Notes: generated by a model not told the origin, from the letters alone. Counted from the first letter of the stretch, positions 27,695-43,365 are shown. The stretch: DNA of 64,000 bases from Octopus vulgaris (GCA_951406725.2 OX597828.1:5270001-5334000), one strand, 5' to 3'. A program made the numbers and translations.

Positions 27695-30600
27695 TATACA
27701 TACATACATACATACATACATACATACATACATACATACATACATACATACATACATACATACATACATACATACATGCAGATATACTTACGAATTACAA
27801 ATGACCGTGAAATAATAGGTTCGATGATGAGGCGTTAAAGGTGTCTTGCCTTGTATCGCGGAAAGAAATAATTTATTCTAGAATGCAATATCGATTAAAT
27901 TTTTAGTTAACAAATAACAAATATTTAATGATGTTTCTCACTAAATATAGTAATGAAAGCTTGTAAATACTTTGCGAAAATATGATTACCTACGTCATCA
28001 AACATGTCAGATATGAAATTTCTATACAGAAGAGCATTGAGGTCTCTTCTGCAGAAGGAAAGTATGCACAAGGGAATCTAAATTATAGAACAAACATTGA
28101 TGTAAATAAGCTGCACTAGACCGAGTTAGGTATTAGTCTAATTGACATTTCTGCACAGAAATACATCGAACAAAATATTAACAATAAACATAATCCTTCT
28201 GAAGAGAATTAATTGAATAAAATTAAATAAATGGTACCAATCTGAAACCTAAACACACACACTCACTCACACACACGCACACACACATACACACACACAC
28301 ACGCACACAAATAGAATAAAACATTTAACAACAATACGAAAATTATTGTATGCGAATACTAATATCATGTTACTAAATGACTATATAGAGAAAGGTTTTT
28401 TATGGTAAGCCATAAACGACTAAACTCACATTAAAGAGATGAAAGCGAAGACAAAGTCTAATCATAACATGCTGGCAGCTTTGTTTACTAATCTCATCTT
28501 TTGTCAAATCTGTGGATTTGTCTGAGAATCGGTGGTTGGATTTAGGGTCTCACAAGAAACATAGACATCATTACAAAAACAAATGACAACAAAAGACTAA
28601 AAACACATAAACAAATAAAGCTACGTTAGACCTTCATACGTCGAAATCGACTAGAGATTCCAATATACATAATGTGCACATGCATACATGCATATATACA
28701 CACACGCACAAAAAACACACACACATACATATGTGTGTGTGTATGTGAGTATTTGCATGTGTGTGTGCGTGTGTGTGTGTGTGTGAACGATTCTCTCGTA
28801 CACTGGCTTAATAATTTCTGCTTCGTCTCATTGTTTTGGTATAAGCAGTTCAATGTTTTTGCACTTCTCTCAATGAAGATCTACTCAGGCAAAACACAAA
28901 AGTTAATAATAAGATAAGCATTACCGATGTCAGATAATGAATGCCCCTTGTTTGAGCGCTTATTGGATGCTGGGCTCACCCAAGCAAAGGACTTAGTGAA
29001 ACGTCGAGTGTTAAAAATCACTGTATCTCCGGTGTCATTCCGTTCGTTTCGTTTGAAACATTCAGCGTTGTTTTAACACACGACGTCTTAAAGGGTCTTT
29101 TCCCAGAGCCAAGGAGTGCATGAGGAAGATATTTACATTAAGTATGTAATATTAACAACTTTTACATTATTAAAGCTTCTTCTAATTAAAAATTTGATTT
29201 TGTTTCTTTTGTGTGTGGCACTGTTGTACATTAGCAACTCAGAGCAGAGACTAGAATTTATTTCGCTGTAAGTAGGTTATACGTTGCCGTCGAGCAGAAA
29301 TAGCTGTGAAATATGAATTTCAATCGTTTTCGTTCTCCTACGAAGTGATTCATTTCGTTTGGGTGGAGGTATTCAATGTTTCTTAACATTCGATGTCTTA
29401 ATGATGTTGTTCAATGGACGAGTCCTGCATCCAAGAAGTGCACAAACACGTCATATGCATTACGTATGTGACATCGGTAATAAAACTAAATATATTCTTT
29501 TAAAAATGTCATAATTCACCCTGTTATAGCGATGTGCACTTATTTATCAAGAGCCAGTAATTTAGAAATTGATTTCTTCTCAAACCTGTGCAACATCAAC
29601 GGCTGTTTAAAAGGTCATATTCAGCACGGAATCACACTATGCGTATATAATAAGTGGAATATACTGACGCGATTATACTGTCTGAATTCTTCGCCGGAAC
29701 TTCAGTTTCTACACCGCAAAAGCTATCTCGCTTAATATCACATCTACCCAAGCTTACTTCATTTTAGGATCTGTAGTTTTCTTGATAAAGTTTCTGCGCT
29801 GCTCCGCCTAAATTTCACACTGGTATCTCTCCATAGCATTATTCCCTAGTTCTAAGCCCCAGAAAATCTCTCTCAACTGATGTTTTCTCCACGTATGTCG
29901 ACCAACATGAGTTAAAGCATCGCACAATCAACGTTAGGTGTCGAGTGTTTAGCATCGTCTCTCTTACTACCTCTTTCCCCTTTCTGTTTATACACACACA
30001 TACACAAACACTCACACACAGACATGTATGTGTGCGTGTGTCTGTGTGTGAATGACTCTGCTTGTTATGGTGTTATGCATTAGTGATGATGACTCCATTA
30101 TCTCCAAAGTCCTTGATATGCTCTGGCACGGAGTGATATCAAACAACTATTATTGTGAGCATAGTGTAGTTTACAGAGTTAAAAGATAATTTGAATCGAA
30201 AATCAATGTATGTGTTGTTATACTTTCAGAACATTCATGATTACCATTTTCCAGTAATTATCAACAGTTAAAATTTCATAAAATATTAACTTCATTATAG
30301 GTGGAAATACTTGATTTTCGTTAGGACGCACTTGACGCCTCTCTACAAATTACAGTGAGACATATCGTATCGTTATGGATTTGCCAAATTCCATTAAATC
30401 ACTCTCTGTAACTTATACTGAGGTAACACATTGGTATAGAATGATGTGTAACCAGATTATAGTTGCTACTAATTAAAAAGATCTCATTTGATCAAAAGCA
30501 ATGACTTTTATTTTAGCATCGTATAAATAGAGATAGTTTTGTCCCTATTGTGTTATTCGGTTTTCATTCGCAGAATAATAATTTCATAACAGGTTTTCTT

Positions 30601-30872
30601 TGTTTAGAAGTTTTGAGTAGAAATATCACATTTTGATTTCAAACACACTACCTCCATCCGATTTAAACTGAAATCAAATTATGGTCACTTCTTTAGGATT
30701 TACCGCCATTCCTTCGTTTGCCACAAAGATTATTGCTTTGCAAGCCGGTGCTCTATACTACACATTGCTTATTGAAATCATATAATTTCGATATTCAGCA
30801 GTTATTAAAATAATGTTCAGAATCTTCTGAGCCTGAGTATTAGTAAATGCATAAAATCATACATTCATACAT

Positions 30873-30934
<62 letters not shown>

Positions 30935-30948
30935 GATACTATCAGATA

Positions 30949-30996
<48 letters not shown>

Positions 30997-31033
30997 GTGT
31001 GTATATGTATATACATATATATATATATGTATG

Positions 31034-31076
<43 letters not shown>

Positions 31077-31895
31077 ATTTTTGTGTGTGTGTATGTGTGT
31101 ATGTATGCATGCATGCAAGTATGTATGCAAGTTTTGGTTATAGAAACTTCCATACGCTCACGAGATCAGAATTTCTGCTTTGGAAAAGTACTAATTCTCC
31201 GGTATTTTGAAATTTTTAGATGAGTAAATCATGTATAGTTTTATAAATGAAATATTGATCACCTAAAAGAAGACTGGAAATGTTACATTAGTCCCGTTAA
31301 ATATCCGATCGATTGTGCATATGAAGTTGCTATCCTGAATTCTAGCTTATTTCTTTGATTGCTTTACCGTTTCGCTTTTGTTGCAATATTTAGAAATAAT
31401 ATCAGCCTGTCAAATTACTGTATGAATTACAATGCTGAATGTCATGCATATATTGTTTTTTTTTTCTCGTCTTCTTTAAATAATAACGTATAACAAAACT
31501 TCAATAAAGGAAAATAAATGAATTTAAAGATAATTGCTGTTATTTCTATTTCATCAAGGGTTTTAACCAAATAATTACAATAGATTAAAGAAAACAAGAA
31601 TTCAATAATACTATGAAGCATTCTCGGTTATCATGTTCATTTTCGGTAATTTCAGGTTTCCTGCCAAATCACATCGTTACATCACAAAAATAATTCCCCA
31701 TTTCACGAAGCTGAAAATAGGATATTTATAAACATCTTTTATTAATTTAGATTTAATGCGCACACAAGAATCATACAAAATTTAGACGGACGCAAAACAA
31801 TTTCATGTAAACGTGTATGCACCCATTCGAAGCAAATACACATTTGCATACACAGAACATAGAGACACAGACACATCCAAATCTCTCTCTTTCCC

Positions 31896-31928
<33 letters not shown>

Positions 31929-32026
31929 TTGTTACTCTCCCAGTCTCAGTTTCTTTCTCTATGTATACAGAGATGAAAAGAGAGTCAGAGATAGAAAGAA
32001 TGATACATACATGCATACGTACATAT

Positions 32027-32086
<60 letters not shown>

Positions 32087-32456
32087 GCTCATAAGGTTAT
32101 AGGTATAAATGTGTGTCGTTGTTTACAGATAATCGATGTCTTGCCAACATAGACAAAATGTTGTCGGTTTTTGTTTCTCTGTATATGTATCAATACCCAC
32201 ACTCAGACAAGCAATAAATCACACTCACATACACATATCTTCTTGCAAATATGTGGAACATAATGTAATAATGCGTTCTGATGAACTGTAGTAGTTCAGC
32301 GTCAATTTGTACTTGGCACATCTAATACAGAGGTTGTCAATAACCACAACGGGGAAACGTACCTAGGATAAACTTGCGTTTATTTGTTTGTTTCTATATT
32401 TGCCCTAATTACTTTAAAGACCCGTTGGAAGCAGACCCGTTGATGCATTTAACTGA

Positions 32457-32563
<107 letters not shown>

Positions 32564-32604
32564 CACCTCTAAATTGGAAGCAGACTCGTTGATGCATTTA
32601 AATG

Positions 32605-32645
<41 letters not shown>

Positions 32646-33669
32646 CATTCACACAATCACACTCTTACACGCGCATACATATATACATATCTATATGCGT
32701 GTTTTCATTTGTAAGTGTGAGTATAAGTGATTGTTAAATATGGAAACAGATCCTGTTGCATGTTGCTTTATATTTACACATCTAAAATTCATGGAAAGTG
32801 ATCAAGAAGTTCACAAAGATATAGACTAGAAACGTTTTCTCCCTGGTACTCAGACCACAGAAAAGTCAGTTTCTTTCTTACAGTTAATAACTCGATTTTC
32901 CGTGTCATGCGACAACCTGAATTATGGTACGTCCTCATTCTCTATATTCATTTCGTTTTCTTGGCTCAAATGAGTATTTTTTTTCTCTGGGTAACTTGGT
33001 ATGACAGCACAAATCTGTACACTTATCATATACAGTAAGCATTTCTATAAGCACACATCGTTGATGCAATGATAAGAGCCGCAGCCATATTACTTGTTTG
33101 CAAAGCCTCGCCGACATCATCTGAGATAAACTGATTTGATATTCAAATTTGTCTTCCATAATGCCTGGTGCGAGTAATCTTTCATATACAGTATGACGAA
33201 TAGCTTGAATAAGTATATATTCCAAGAAACAAGGGTTACGTTCTAAGTTCAAAGCCTACAGAATTTTCTTTTCACTCTTTTGGAAATGAATAAGTAAGGA
33301 CCTTTCAAACCGTGAAAAAAGTAAAGCATGAAATTGATTTTTATTCCTTTTCCAAAAATTCAGGCGTTGTTCTTTAGTTAGAAAAGAACATAAACTCAGT
33401 CTTCATCTTCTCCAAAATCTGCTTTTGTTTTTGCATTTATCTTGCACTTCTATCAATGGATATGTTCCGCTCGAAAATGGTATCACGATGACCTTGTTAA
33501 AATTAGCGATGCAAATTTTAGTTACGAAAGGCTTACGAAATCTGCATGGGAGATTAGAATCAACTAAGAGAATGGTGAACCTAGAACCTATACCTATTTC
33601 GGATATCATTCAGAGTTTTAGACAAATTTCCACTCATTCTCCATAGAGTTAACCACGATTAATAACCTA

Positions 33670-34023
33670 TCTTTTATCTTTTACTTGTTTCACTGTGACA
33701 CTGCTCTGAAGAATTTTTTTCTGTGTTTTTTTTAAAGTCTAGTACTTATTTCATCGACCACTTTTGCCGGTCTGCCAAGTTACGGGAATGTGAACACTCC
33801 ATCACCGGTTGTCAAGCTATAATGGGGGACACAAAGACACACACACACTCACACACATACGACGGTTTCCTTTCCGTTTCTCTCCACAAAATCCACTCAC
33901 AAGACATCGGTCGGCCCGAGGCTGTAGTAGAAGACATTTGCCCAAGTTGCCAAGCAGTGGGACTGAACCCAGACCCATGTGTTTAGGAAAGAAGTTTCTT
34001 GTCACACAGCCACGCTTGCGCCT
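33670..34023 (-). mobile_element. tRNA-derived SINE (family A, internal CA repeat)
   Basis: The reverse strand reads aggcgcaagcgtggctgtgtgacaagaa...gggttcagtcccact...ttgggcaaatgtcttctactacagcctcgggccgacc, with tail gaaacaagtaaaaga. Multiple homologous copies occur in the window. Confidence 0.85.
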
Positions 34024-35832
34024 GTTAATAATCATGTTTTTTCTCTCATGTGGTCCGTCGATCTGCAAGAAATAGCTACCATACCTCGTCAAATATGGAA
34101 AAGAACATTGTTAAATGTTCAACTAAAATTCATTGAAATGTGTCAATATAAAAGTAGATTTAAAATGTTTTCTCTCTACATTTTTCTTATAATCTGAGCA
34201 TGATAAGAGATTTTATGCTATTTTTCTGATACTTGAACCAAAGAAAAATTGTGTGTTTTTCATTTTGACTGCCGCAATCAAAGAATTGAGCAAGTATATT
34301 CAATAATATGGGAAAATTTAGATTAGAAAGTCTTTGACAGTATATCTGAGCAGACTTAAACTGGCGCTAAAGAATAAGAACAAAAGCAACACTACCAGAA
34401 TGTCTTAAAATACATGAAAAAAAAAAAGAAAATACGCAGGAGAGAAGATAGATTGTAGCTCAAATCGAAACCGAATCTAAATTATTGACCCAACTGGAGC
34501 ACTTGTGTAAGTTACTCAAAATTAATGGTTTAGAAAACGTGAAGTTTTGGGGAATACAAATGAATTATATGTTTTAGCTTTATGCCAAGACATGAAATGC
34601 GAAAGTGCCTCTACATTTTGAATTACATTGAATACCAAGTCATTTCATTATATTATATCATTTCATTATATTATATAATTTCACTCTACTATATCATGTA
34701 ATTGCTATTGAGAAATTAATAAATATTTACGTGGATATTCAATATATGCAAAGTTATTCAAAACAATTCATTATGTCTTTTCTTAATCTGCTTCTTCCGA
34801 TTTCAGGGACGTGACTAAAATGATTGCGTGTGTCTATTACTAGGAGAGACACCATTCAGTTCATGTATATTTTGAGAACTACCTCGAAGCTGAATCACTT
34901 TTAGAATTCATCCAACAATTCAACCAAATACACTGTGAAGAAATAGTGAAAGTTTGTTAAAACAGAGTCGAGCTCTAATTGATAAAAACAATTTAATTTC
35001 AAGGACAGCATTCAGAGCTGCACCTGTCAAAGAATAAAAGATATTGTTCTGTCTAGACGGAAGCAATAGAGACAAACAATAACAGATGATGAGCGTCATG
35101 CTCCAAAATTCAATTGCATTTAATTAAACCGAACGTTTTACATAATACCAATTCCTTGAATAATTTGAAAGAAACTATTTGTTTCTCATACAATTTGTGT
35201 TGAATTCATGCATCTAAGTTACGTATTATGTTTAAAAGTTGAAATTAGACAGCTTACATGTACATTCTGTTTTCACCTGATGTTGGAGAAGATACGTGTA
35301 CCTATTACTGAATGCATATCCTTTAAGTGTTTAATAACTATTAGACAAATTGCTTTTAATGTAGCGTTTATTGTGAAATATCGAATACAAAAACACGGGA
35401 TGTTCGTTTACGATAAATAGATTTATATTGATTTGCATACGTTTTGTGTATTTTCGTAAAGGCGCGAACCTCTTCACTTTTCAGAGCGAGGCAATTACAA
35501 AATATCGCGAAATAAAAATATGTTACACGTAAGGGAAATAATGTAATATTAAAACTCATAGTTGAATTGACTTTTTCAGACCCTCAGGCGTACATATACT
35601 GGAAGCTTCATGGACTTTAATCAGTTACGTCATCTTCGTTCGAATTTTGATATTAATTTTATAAATTTCTTAGAATTTTTTTAGCAATTGAGTTAATAAA
35701 GTTACTTGAAAGTTTATGAATATATACATAAACACATACACCTGGAAATACATATTCAGCATACCGATTCGTTTATACTACCAGTGAAATAAACCCCTCA
35801 TATTCTATATCTATCTATCTTTCTATCTATCA

Positions 35833-35915
<83 letters not shown>

Positions 35916-35999
35916 GATATATGTATGTATATATGTACGTGTGTTTTTTCAATGTGTACAAACAACACAGAAAAAAAAAATAATTACTAGGGTAGAAAA

Positions 36000-36848
36000 A
36001 TTTCACATAAGTGCCAAGAATGTTACAGCCTTCTTATAAAGGTAGAAATCCCAGGGATGAGTGAAATGTTTTTGTATCACATAGATAAATTAAGAAATGG
36101 AGTTCAACGCAGGTGTTATTCAAATATTTATACTTCCGACATATGTTTCGAAGAAAACATTGGTATTATTCCTGAGGGAATAAAATGATGTGAAACAATG
36201 TAATCATCGCATTAGGGAAAAAAGAGAAACGAAACACATCAAGGAGTCATTTTAAGTGAATGTGAATACCGCGTATATGATGACGGGAACGCTGGAAAGT
36301 TATTTTTTGTAAATTCCAAAATTCCAAAATTCCAAAAGTTTATCAATGCTCTCCCTCCAAATCATAAAACATTCATCCAGGTATCTTTTCCAGTTTTCTC
36401 TTATATAATGGTGAAATGGATAGCCGTATTTTAGCAGTGACACTTCATATATGGTGAATTCAAAATAACACATTATCAGGTTCGCAAGAACAGGGTCTAC
36501 TTTCGTTCCCATCGCAATTCTGCTTTCTTGACGATAATAAGTTTCATCAAATAAAAAATTGTTCTGAAGTATAAATTTTAAAACTTCAGTAATGAAGACC
36601 TGATCTATGCGTTCCGGAAGTACTTCGAGATGCTTTCCCAACCAGAATTTGATTGCATTTATTCCATGGTCATGAAGTATGTTGGTGTAACGATTGATAA
36701 CATCGAAGGAAACCAATAATGCCCCTTCATTAATTATTTTTGGTAGGTGCTGTAGCATGTCCAAATCGCCTCTAATCAAACTTTTGATGTATTTCAGCAA
36801 GGGTTTCAGTAAGATGTTTAGAAAAATACTCAGGCGGTCGAGAAACAC
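36000..36848 (-). mobile_element. Penelope-like element RT fragment (36300-36848) with downstream pLTR-like sequence
   Basis: LVSFDVINRYTNI.H..GI.AI, NFLFDETYYRQ..IAMGT...P.LANL.M and WKRYLDECFMIW match PLE RT motifs (YLDD mutated to YLDE); truncated. Confidence 0.9.
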
Positions 36849-37919
36849 AACAAAATATATTTAAAAATATATTAAAACTATGTAACTATGTAAAGTGTGT
36901 GCATTTTCCTTCTTATATTTCATATATATATATATTTCATATACATATATGTATATGTATATAAATGTGTATGTGTGTATGTATGCATGTATGCATATAC
37001 GTATGCACGTATGTACGTATGTATGCATGTATGTATGTATTCATATATAATTCAACATAATTATTCTCTTTAGTTTGTTGATCAGTTTAAACCTGATGCA
37101 CGCAGTATCATCGGAGTAACAATCGCAATATATAAGCGTGTTCAGTCTCCCCTATATAATCGAAGTTGATTGCGTTCTTATATCTGGCTTTGATATCCTA
37201 TTTACTGCTCAAAGACGGATAAGCTTTCAAGTACATGCTTTTATATCTCCGTCGCATTCTCATTCTCTCTGTTTCTCTCTCACTCCCTTTTTAAATATAC
37301 ATACAACTATATATATTATAAGCATACGTACATATAACGCTGTGTTTGCATGGCGTATTTTGAGTTAAATAGTTTGTTATTAACCTTATGAGAATATATT
37401 TCTTGTAAATAACACCGATACACATATATCATTTAAATGTTTGCTTGGAAACATAGATGTATTAATATCGCTCTACATATGTTTTTAACATTTCTTTTCA
37501 TTTATGAAGGAGAAAATCAATAAATACGGAACACAAACAAATATATTAACACAAATATTGATAATTCCTATTAGTATGCAATGAAAATTATTTACCGATT
37601 CATTAAATATGGAAAAAAAAAAGAAGAAAAAAGAGGATTTCCTCCTTCAAAGTGTGATTGAAAACTCTGTCATCTATTGGCATGATTTATCATTTGGGAA
37701 TTTGCATCAGGTGATTTTTTTGAAATCCCCAAATTATCATTCGAGTCTTTCTGCAGCGGTGCACAAACTGAAGGTAAATATACGAATTTGTTAATCAAAG
37801 ATATGAGTTTTATTACACTATTGCCGCGTTTGCCTCGTCAATTCCATTACCATTCGTAATAAGATTATCGACATTATAATCAGAATCATTCTCATAATCG
37901 CAATCTTCTACATCCACAC

Positions 37920-38036
37920 CGTTGTTGTCATCGCTGTCGTCGTTGTCGTTATTGTCATCATCGTCGTCGTCGTCATCATCATCATCATCATCATTGTCAT
38001 CATCATTGTCATCGTCGTCGTCGTCGTCATCAGCAT
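37920..38036. repeat. (TCA/TCG/TTG)n trinucleotide microsatellite
   Basis: Directly visible; source of the poly-D and poly-S ORFs. Confidence 0.9.
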
Positions 38037-39509
38037 CTCTAGCACCGGGATACATGACATCCCGTTTCCCCACCCTTATTCTTTGCTGCTTCTTTACTCC
38101 CTCTTCTACCTCCACGGCATCCTCCTCTGTATCATCATCAAGAGCATATATATTTAAATAAATATTTCATTTTTAAAAACAACAGTGACTTCGTTTCCAT
38201 GTAAAGGCCAAAATAACTACCATTCATACTGCCAGAAAAATATGAGATCAATCAGCCACCAAGATAGCCATGACGCAGTTTCTAACGGCAAAAACCCACT
38301 GAATATAAGTGCTTAATCAACAATGCTCTTATCAATCCGCGATGCGGATGATTTGTTAAATCCTTTATAAACATGGCTACGATCATGATGGAAGTGATCA
38401 CGTGGTCGCAGTCGATTCCGTCATTACTAACACCTCAGTCTTATTTACCTCTGCTATCAAGAACATCAAGAACACTCACTCAAGCACACGCATACACACC
38501 AGAACACATACACACATAAATACACACGCATGCACACACACAAACACACACACATGCTGCAAAATGTTCATTGTTTTATAAGCAATGTCTTGATAAACGA
38601 GCAGCTGCCGTGTTCTTCGCAGGTCAGGCCGTTAGTCAATGTTTTATTTGAACATTTTAACTCTTTCACCCACAGGAAACACAAAGAGAAAGGTGAAAAT
38701 AGCACATCTGATCCTCTGAACAGTAAGTAGGTGATGTAGCAGTTCAAGTGGTATTTCTAGAGTCATTCTCTTTCAGTGCCTTATTATTTAAAACACTCAC
38801 CAGTTCGTTTTCCACTTATTTACTGATATATATTTTTTTTCTAACATTTTCTTTGCGTCTTGCAACCTTTTCAATAGTCGTAGACTCTGTCCGTTATCGG
38901 AGCTGAGTTCTTTTTGTTTGTTTGTGCGCCAGTGTGCACATGTATGTGTGTGTGTGTGTGTGTGCATATATATATATATATATATATTCAAAATAAGCAA
39001 CAAGTATGACTCCGGTAATTTGGTACGATCTTTTCGTATTACATCATTTTATTAAATGTTGTAAGTATTACAACAGTTTTAAAATGCTGAGCACTCATCA
39101 GACAATTATAGAGGTTTTCCATTAATACAAAAAATGTTCATATCAAGTGGCAACATTATAGAGGAGGTAGATACATAGACAAAGATGTGGATTTAAATTT
39201 TAAGAACATTTGAGGTAGTGGAGTTCTATCAACTGACTGACTAAGATTCAGTTGTTTCAGACTACTGTAAGGTTCTGAGAGGGAAGAACAAATGAAAAGA
39301 GACAATAAAGATTATCTAATTATAGAAATGGGGTAAAGGGGATGTCATAGCTCCATATAAGGAATTTATGTAGAAGACAGCATTGTCACAACTAAATGCC
39401 AACTACTACTATTTTTTGATGAACATATTTAGCGTTAGGAGAACTAGGTCAAAGTCAAATGGTCACAATAACATTCACAGAGAATGCAGAGACCTTACAA
39501 ACACTATGC

Positions 39510-39612
<103 letters not shown>

Positions 39613-39709
39613 TGTGTGTGTGTAGGTTTGTATATATGTATGGGTTCTGCATATTCAAGTTTTTGTTCATGTCTGCGTGTTTGTATGTGCGTGTGTGTGT
39701 TTGCTTGTA

Positions 39710-40770
39710 GGTAGGGAGGCACACTAAATCCCTGTTCCTAATTCGCTGTTTCAGTTTTTGTAGGCCTTTGGCAACAGGTGAACTGAGCTGGTGGGTCTCC
39801 CCCCTCATTATTTCTTTTAGTGGTTTTGTTGTATCGATCTAAGTTGTGTCGGAGTCTATTTCTAGCTAAGGAAATATTTGCCTCTGTCTCACTGTCAGTC
39901 TGTAGTGGGATACATACCCTTTTGTTGTAGGGTAAGTCTGTGGGTAGATCCTCGTCATGTCGTATGTTTTGTTGTTGGGGTTATGGAAGACAGGGTTGTA
40001 GGGTGATACTGGTGTTACTATCGTTATGGTTGTTGTTGTTATTGTGGTGGTGGTGGTGTTAGTGCTTCTGTTGCGTTCATTGTTGTTTTTATTGATGTGA
40101 GTGGTGTTGATGTTGGTGTAGATGATGTGGTTGGTATTGCCGTCTGTGTGTGAGGTGTTGCGGTTATTGTTGTCATTGTTGCTGATATTATCATCATTGT
40201 TGTTATTATTGTTCTTGTTTTGGTTTCGTATGTTTGTGTTGTTGTATTGCCCTAACATCCATCTTATTTTTAAGAAAGTTTTTTTTTCAAATCTCAGATA
40301 ATTAATTTTTCTGACCTTATATGTAGCAAATTTCGCTGGTAACTGTATTGCACCGAATATTCCAGAGGTGTAATTGTTGTTGTTGCTTGTGGTGGTGGTG
40401 GTATTGTCTTTCTCGTGTCCCAGCGCCGAAGTCCTCTAGTAGTTTACATTCCGCCATAACGATCTCGTCGATATCGTTTGGGTTACTGTGTTGATCCTTA
40501 CCATGTTCAGATCGTTGTTGTTGCTGTTTCATCCATCTGAGTCTGTTGTTAAAGTGTTTGTTACAGGCATGGTTTACTCGATGGTATTCTTGCTGGATGT
40601 CTCTTTCGCTTCTGTGTATATTTTCTTTTTGATGTTTTGTAACATCGTGTGTTTTAGTTTTCTTGCTTGGTGTTTTGTGAGCTTTAGCCGCTTGACAGGC
40701 GAATTAACATATTTCGTGTATAGCTTGGTGGAGATGCATGTTTTCGTGAAGTGGAAGTATCTTGATTTTT
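39710..40770 (-). mobile_element. Probable N-terminal ORF region of a Penelope-like element, with low-complexity expansions
   Basis: The reverse strand ends in LSSPVAKGLQKLKQRIRNRDLVCLPT, which matches the segment preceding the PLE DKG motif, and is truncated at a microsatellite. Upstream are the basic region FHFTKTCISTKLY and Asn/Thr-rich repeats. Confidence 0.5.
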
Positions 40771-40921
40771 AAACAGCAGAACACTATATATATATATATA
40801 TATATATATCCACTTAACAATCTTTATAATATATGTGTACAGAGAGAGGGGGTGGATAGGTAGATAAATAGATTGATGAATAGAGGGATAGATGGATAGA
40901 TAGATAGATAGAGAGAGAGAG

Positions 40922-40966
<45 letters not shown>

Positions 40967-42969
40967 AATAGATAAATCAATACATAGGTTGATAGACAGA
41001 TTAGATAGATAGAATGATGGATAGAAAAATTCATAGATAGAGTAATAGATCGATAGTTAGGTAGATTGAAACATACATACATATTGTTTTAAGAACAATG
41101 GATTGCAATATCAATGAAGCCTTGATTCTTCGTTGCCAACAAACCGACTCCAGCAGAATTTTAGAAATTATTTTTACTTCTTTCATTCTCGTCTCCCTAA
41201 ACAATACGTTTGACACCATTTGCTGAATCGCTTGGTTACTGGGACATGAAATAGAAACACCGGCGACGAAGGATCGAAAAGAAGCACTAATACTCCCCGA
41301 CAAACACTCACACTCATAAAGCAAGAAATGTTAATAATTGATTTGTAATTATAAAAGAAATGGCCGAAAGTATACTAAATATATTCTATCGCTAGCACTG
41401 TAATTGTCGTTTAACCTCCTATCAATCTCTTTTTTTTTCCAAAGACTTACGACATTCAGTACAGTAACAGTTAACTGATATTTTATCTTTTCATTCAATG
41501 ATACGATGCGATCTGATTAGATTTTGTTGCTGAGTTTATCAGATCAAGTGATCAGTTAAAGACACAACTACTGGGATGATAGTGTGCTGGAGAAATAAGT
41601 GGATTGCAATAGAGAAATAGACGAGAACTGGTTGAAAGGAACCAGACAAAATAGAGGAGTGGAGTAAAAATACAGAGAGATAACCACATATGCGATACAT
41701 AGAAACAAGAGGAAAGGTGCGAAAATGACGGGAAGAGTGTGAAATTATTGATCTTATTACACAGTATTTCCTAGAACAAAACATTCAGTAGCGAAAAATG
41801 AAAAAAAAAAAAAAACTAATGAAACAAACATGACAAAATCAGAGGAGAAAAGTCCACTAGTAAAATATAGATGGAGAATGGTGTTTGATAGACATGATGT
41901 CACTTACCAATAGCGTTGCTCTAACAAAAATTAGTTAGCTTCGCATTTTGGTTTCACACATCCCACACAAAGTAATCATCAGTTTGAAATATTTATGGCA
42001 TATTGGCGTAATGCTTGTAAAAGTGTTGGTGCCGATGTTAGACACAGCAATTTAGAGTTGGTCTAGGTGGAGAGATTATACTGGCGAGGTTTGATGATGA
42101 TGTCAGTCTTTTAAAGGTGATGGTGATTGTTCTGCTAAACCGGTGGCTGATAATGAGTTAACTGGTGGCAAAGCCAGACAAATGCAATCAATTTTCAAAT
42201 ATGTGTCGAACCTAGACAGATAATGATACATGTATACATACAAACCTATATGCAAACACGTACGCGCATACACATACATACTTCACACACAAACCTGCTA
42301 ACACAGATGTATACGCATGTATACACATGCTCATACAAATATATCTCCGTTTACGTGTCTAAATGTGTGTTTGAGTGTGTCTCTTTAAATATATAATGTG
42401 TTCTCCTTATATGGATACAAGTAAAGGGGACAAAAATAGAAAATACTATGACGTATATGTGTGTATTTGGGTGTTTGTGTATGCGCGAGTCTGCGTCTGT
42501 ATGCATATGTATGTATAAATGAACATAAATAGCGCGCGAGCCAACACCTTTGCAACGATAATTGTTTCGCATGAAGTTATTTATCATTAATGTAAAGTAT
42601 AACAGATATTCACAAAACTGTGTCAGGTGTAATGTTGATCTAGTAATTTACTTGAAACTAGATATGTGCTATGCACTGTGGAATGTGTCGAGTATTATGT
42701 AGATAAGCATTAATGTTACATTGCTTAAGATAGAATTCAGTAGTGTATGGGTCGTTGGGATCTTCGTGACTGTTAAATCATCAGTTCTACATGCAAAGTA
42801 AATTATTTCTGTAGAATACCAAGGTTTAGTAGCCATAAATTTTATACTCATATATAGATTCATATGATGCGCTGAAATAATTCAGTCACTTCGAAATAGA
42901 TAGGAGTGGCCATCAAAATTTATGAGCCAACAAGTATAAGTATTCTTATGAATACGCATACAGGAATAA

Positions 42970-42986
42970 AAATATATGTATGTATA

Positions 42987-43073
<87 letters not shown>

Positions 43074-43099
43074 CATAATATGTATATATGTATATATAT

Positions 43100-43138
<39 letters not shown>

Positions 43139-43213
43139 TATATGTGTATATATGTATATGTATATATAAATACACACACATATATATATATGTATATATG
43201 TATATATATACAT

Positions 43214-43264
<51 letters not shown>

Positions 43265-43266
43265 TA

Positions 43267-43306
<40 letters not shown>

Positions 43307-43365
43307 CATGCATACATACATACATACGTACATACATACATACATACATACATACATAAACACAT
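42970..43365. repeat. Long compound (TA)n/(CA)n/(TACA)n microsatellite; representative of dozens in the window
   Basis: Directly visible. Others occur at 605-715, 1807-1920, 9553-9650, 13478-13570, 16079-16160, 20684-20830, 27696-27776, 30860-31120, 35805-35915, 39506-39622, 53220-53400, 60690-61095 and 62680-62880. Confidence 0.97.

Noticed and set aside
32270-32305. CTGATGA followed by a small hairpin
   Set aside because: No GAAA or stems I/III, so not a hammerhead. The CTGATGA matches at 14291, 19637, 51030 and 59602 likewise lack them, and several lie in TE coding sequence.
32935-33646. Non-repetitive ORFs (105 aa, 73 aa) as possible host exons
   Set aside because: No recognisable domain or convincing splice-site pair.
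37813-38161. Poly-Asp / poly-Ser ORFs
   Set aside because: Trinucleotide microsatellite with no flanking domain or splice evidence.
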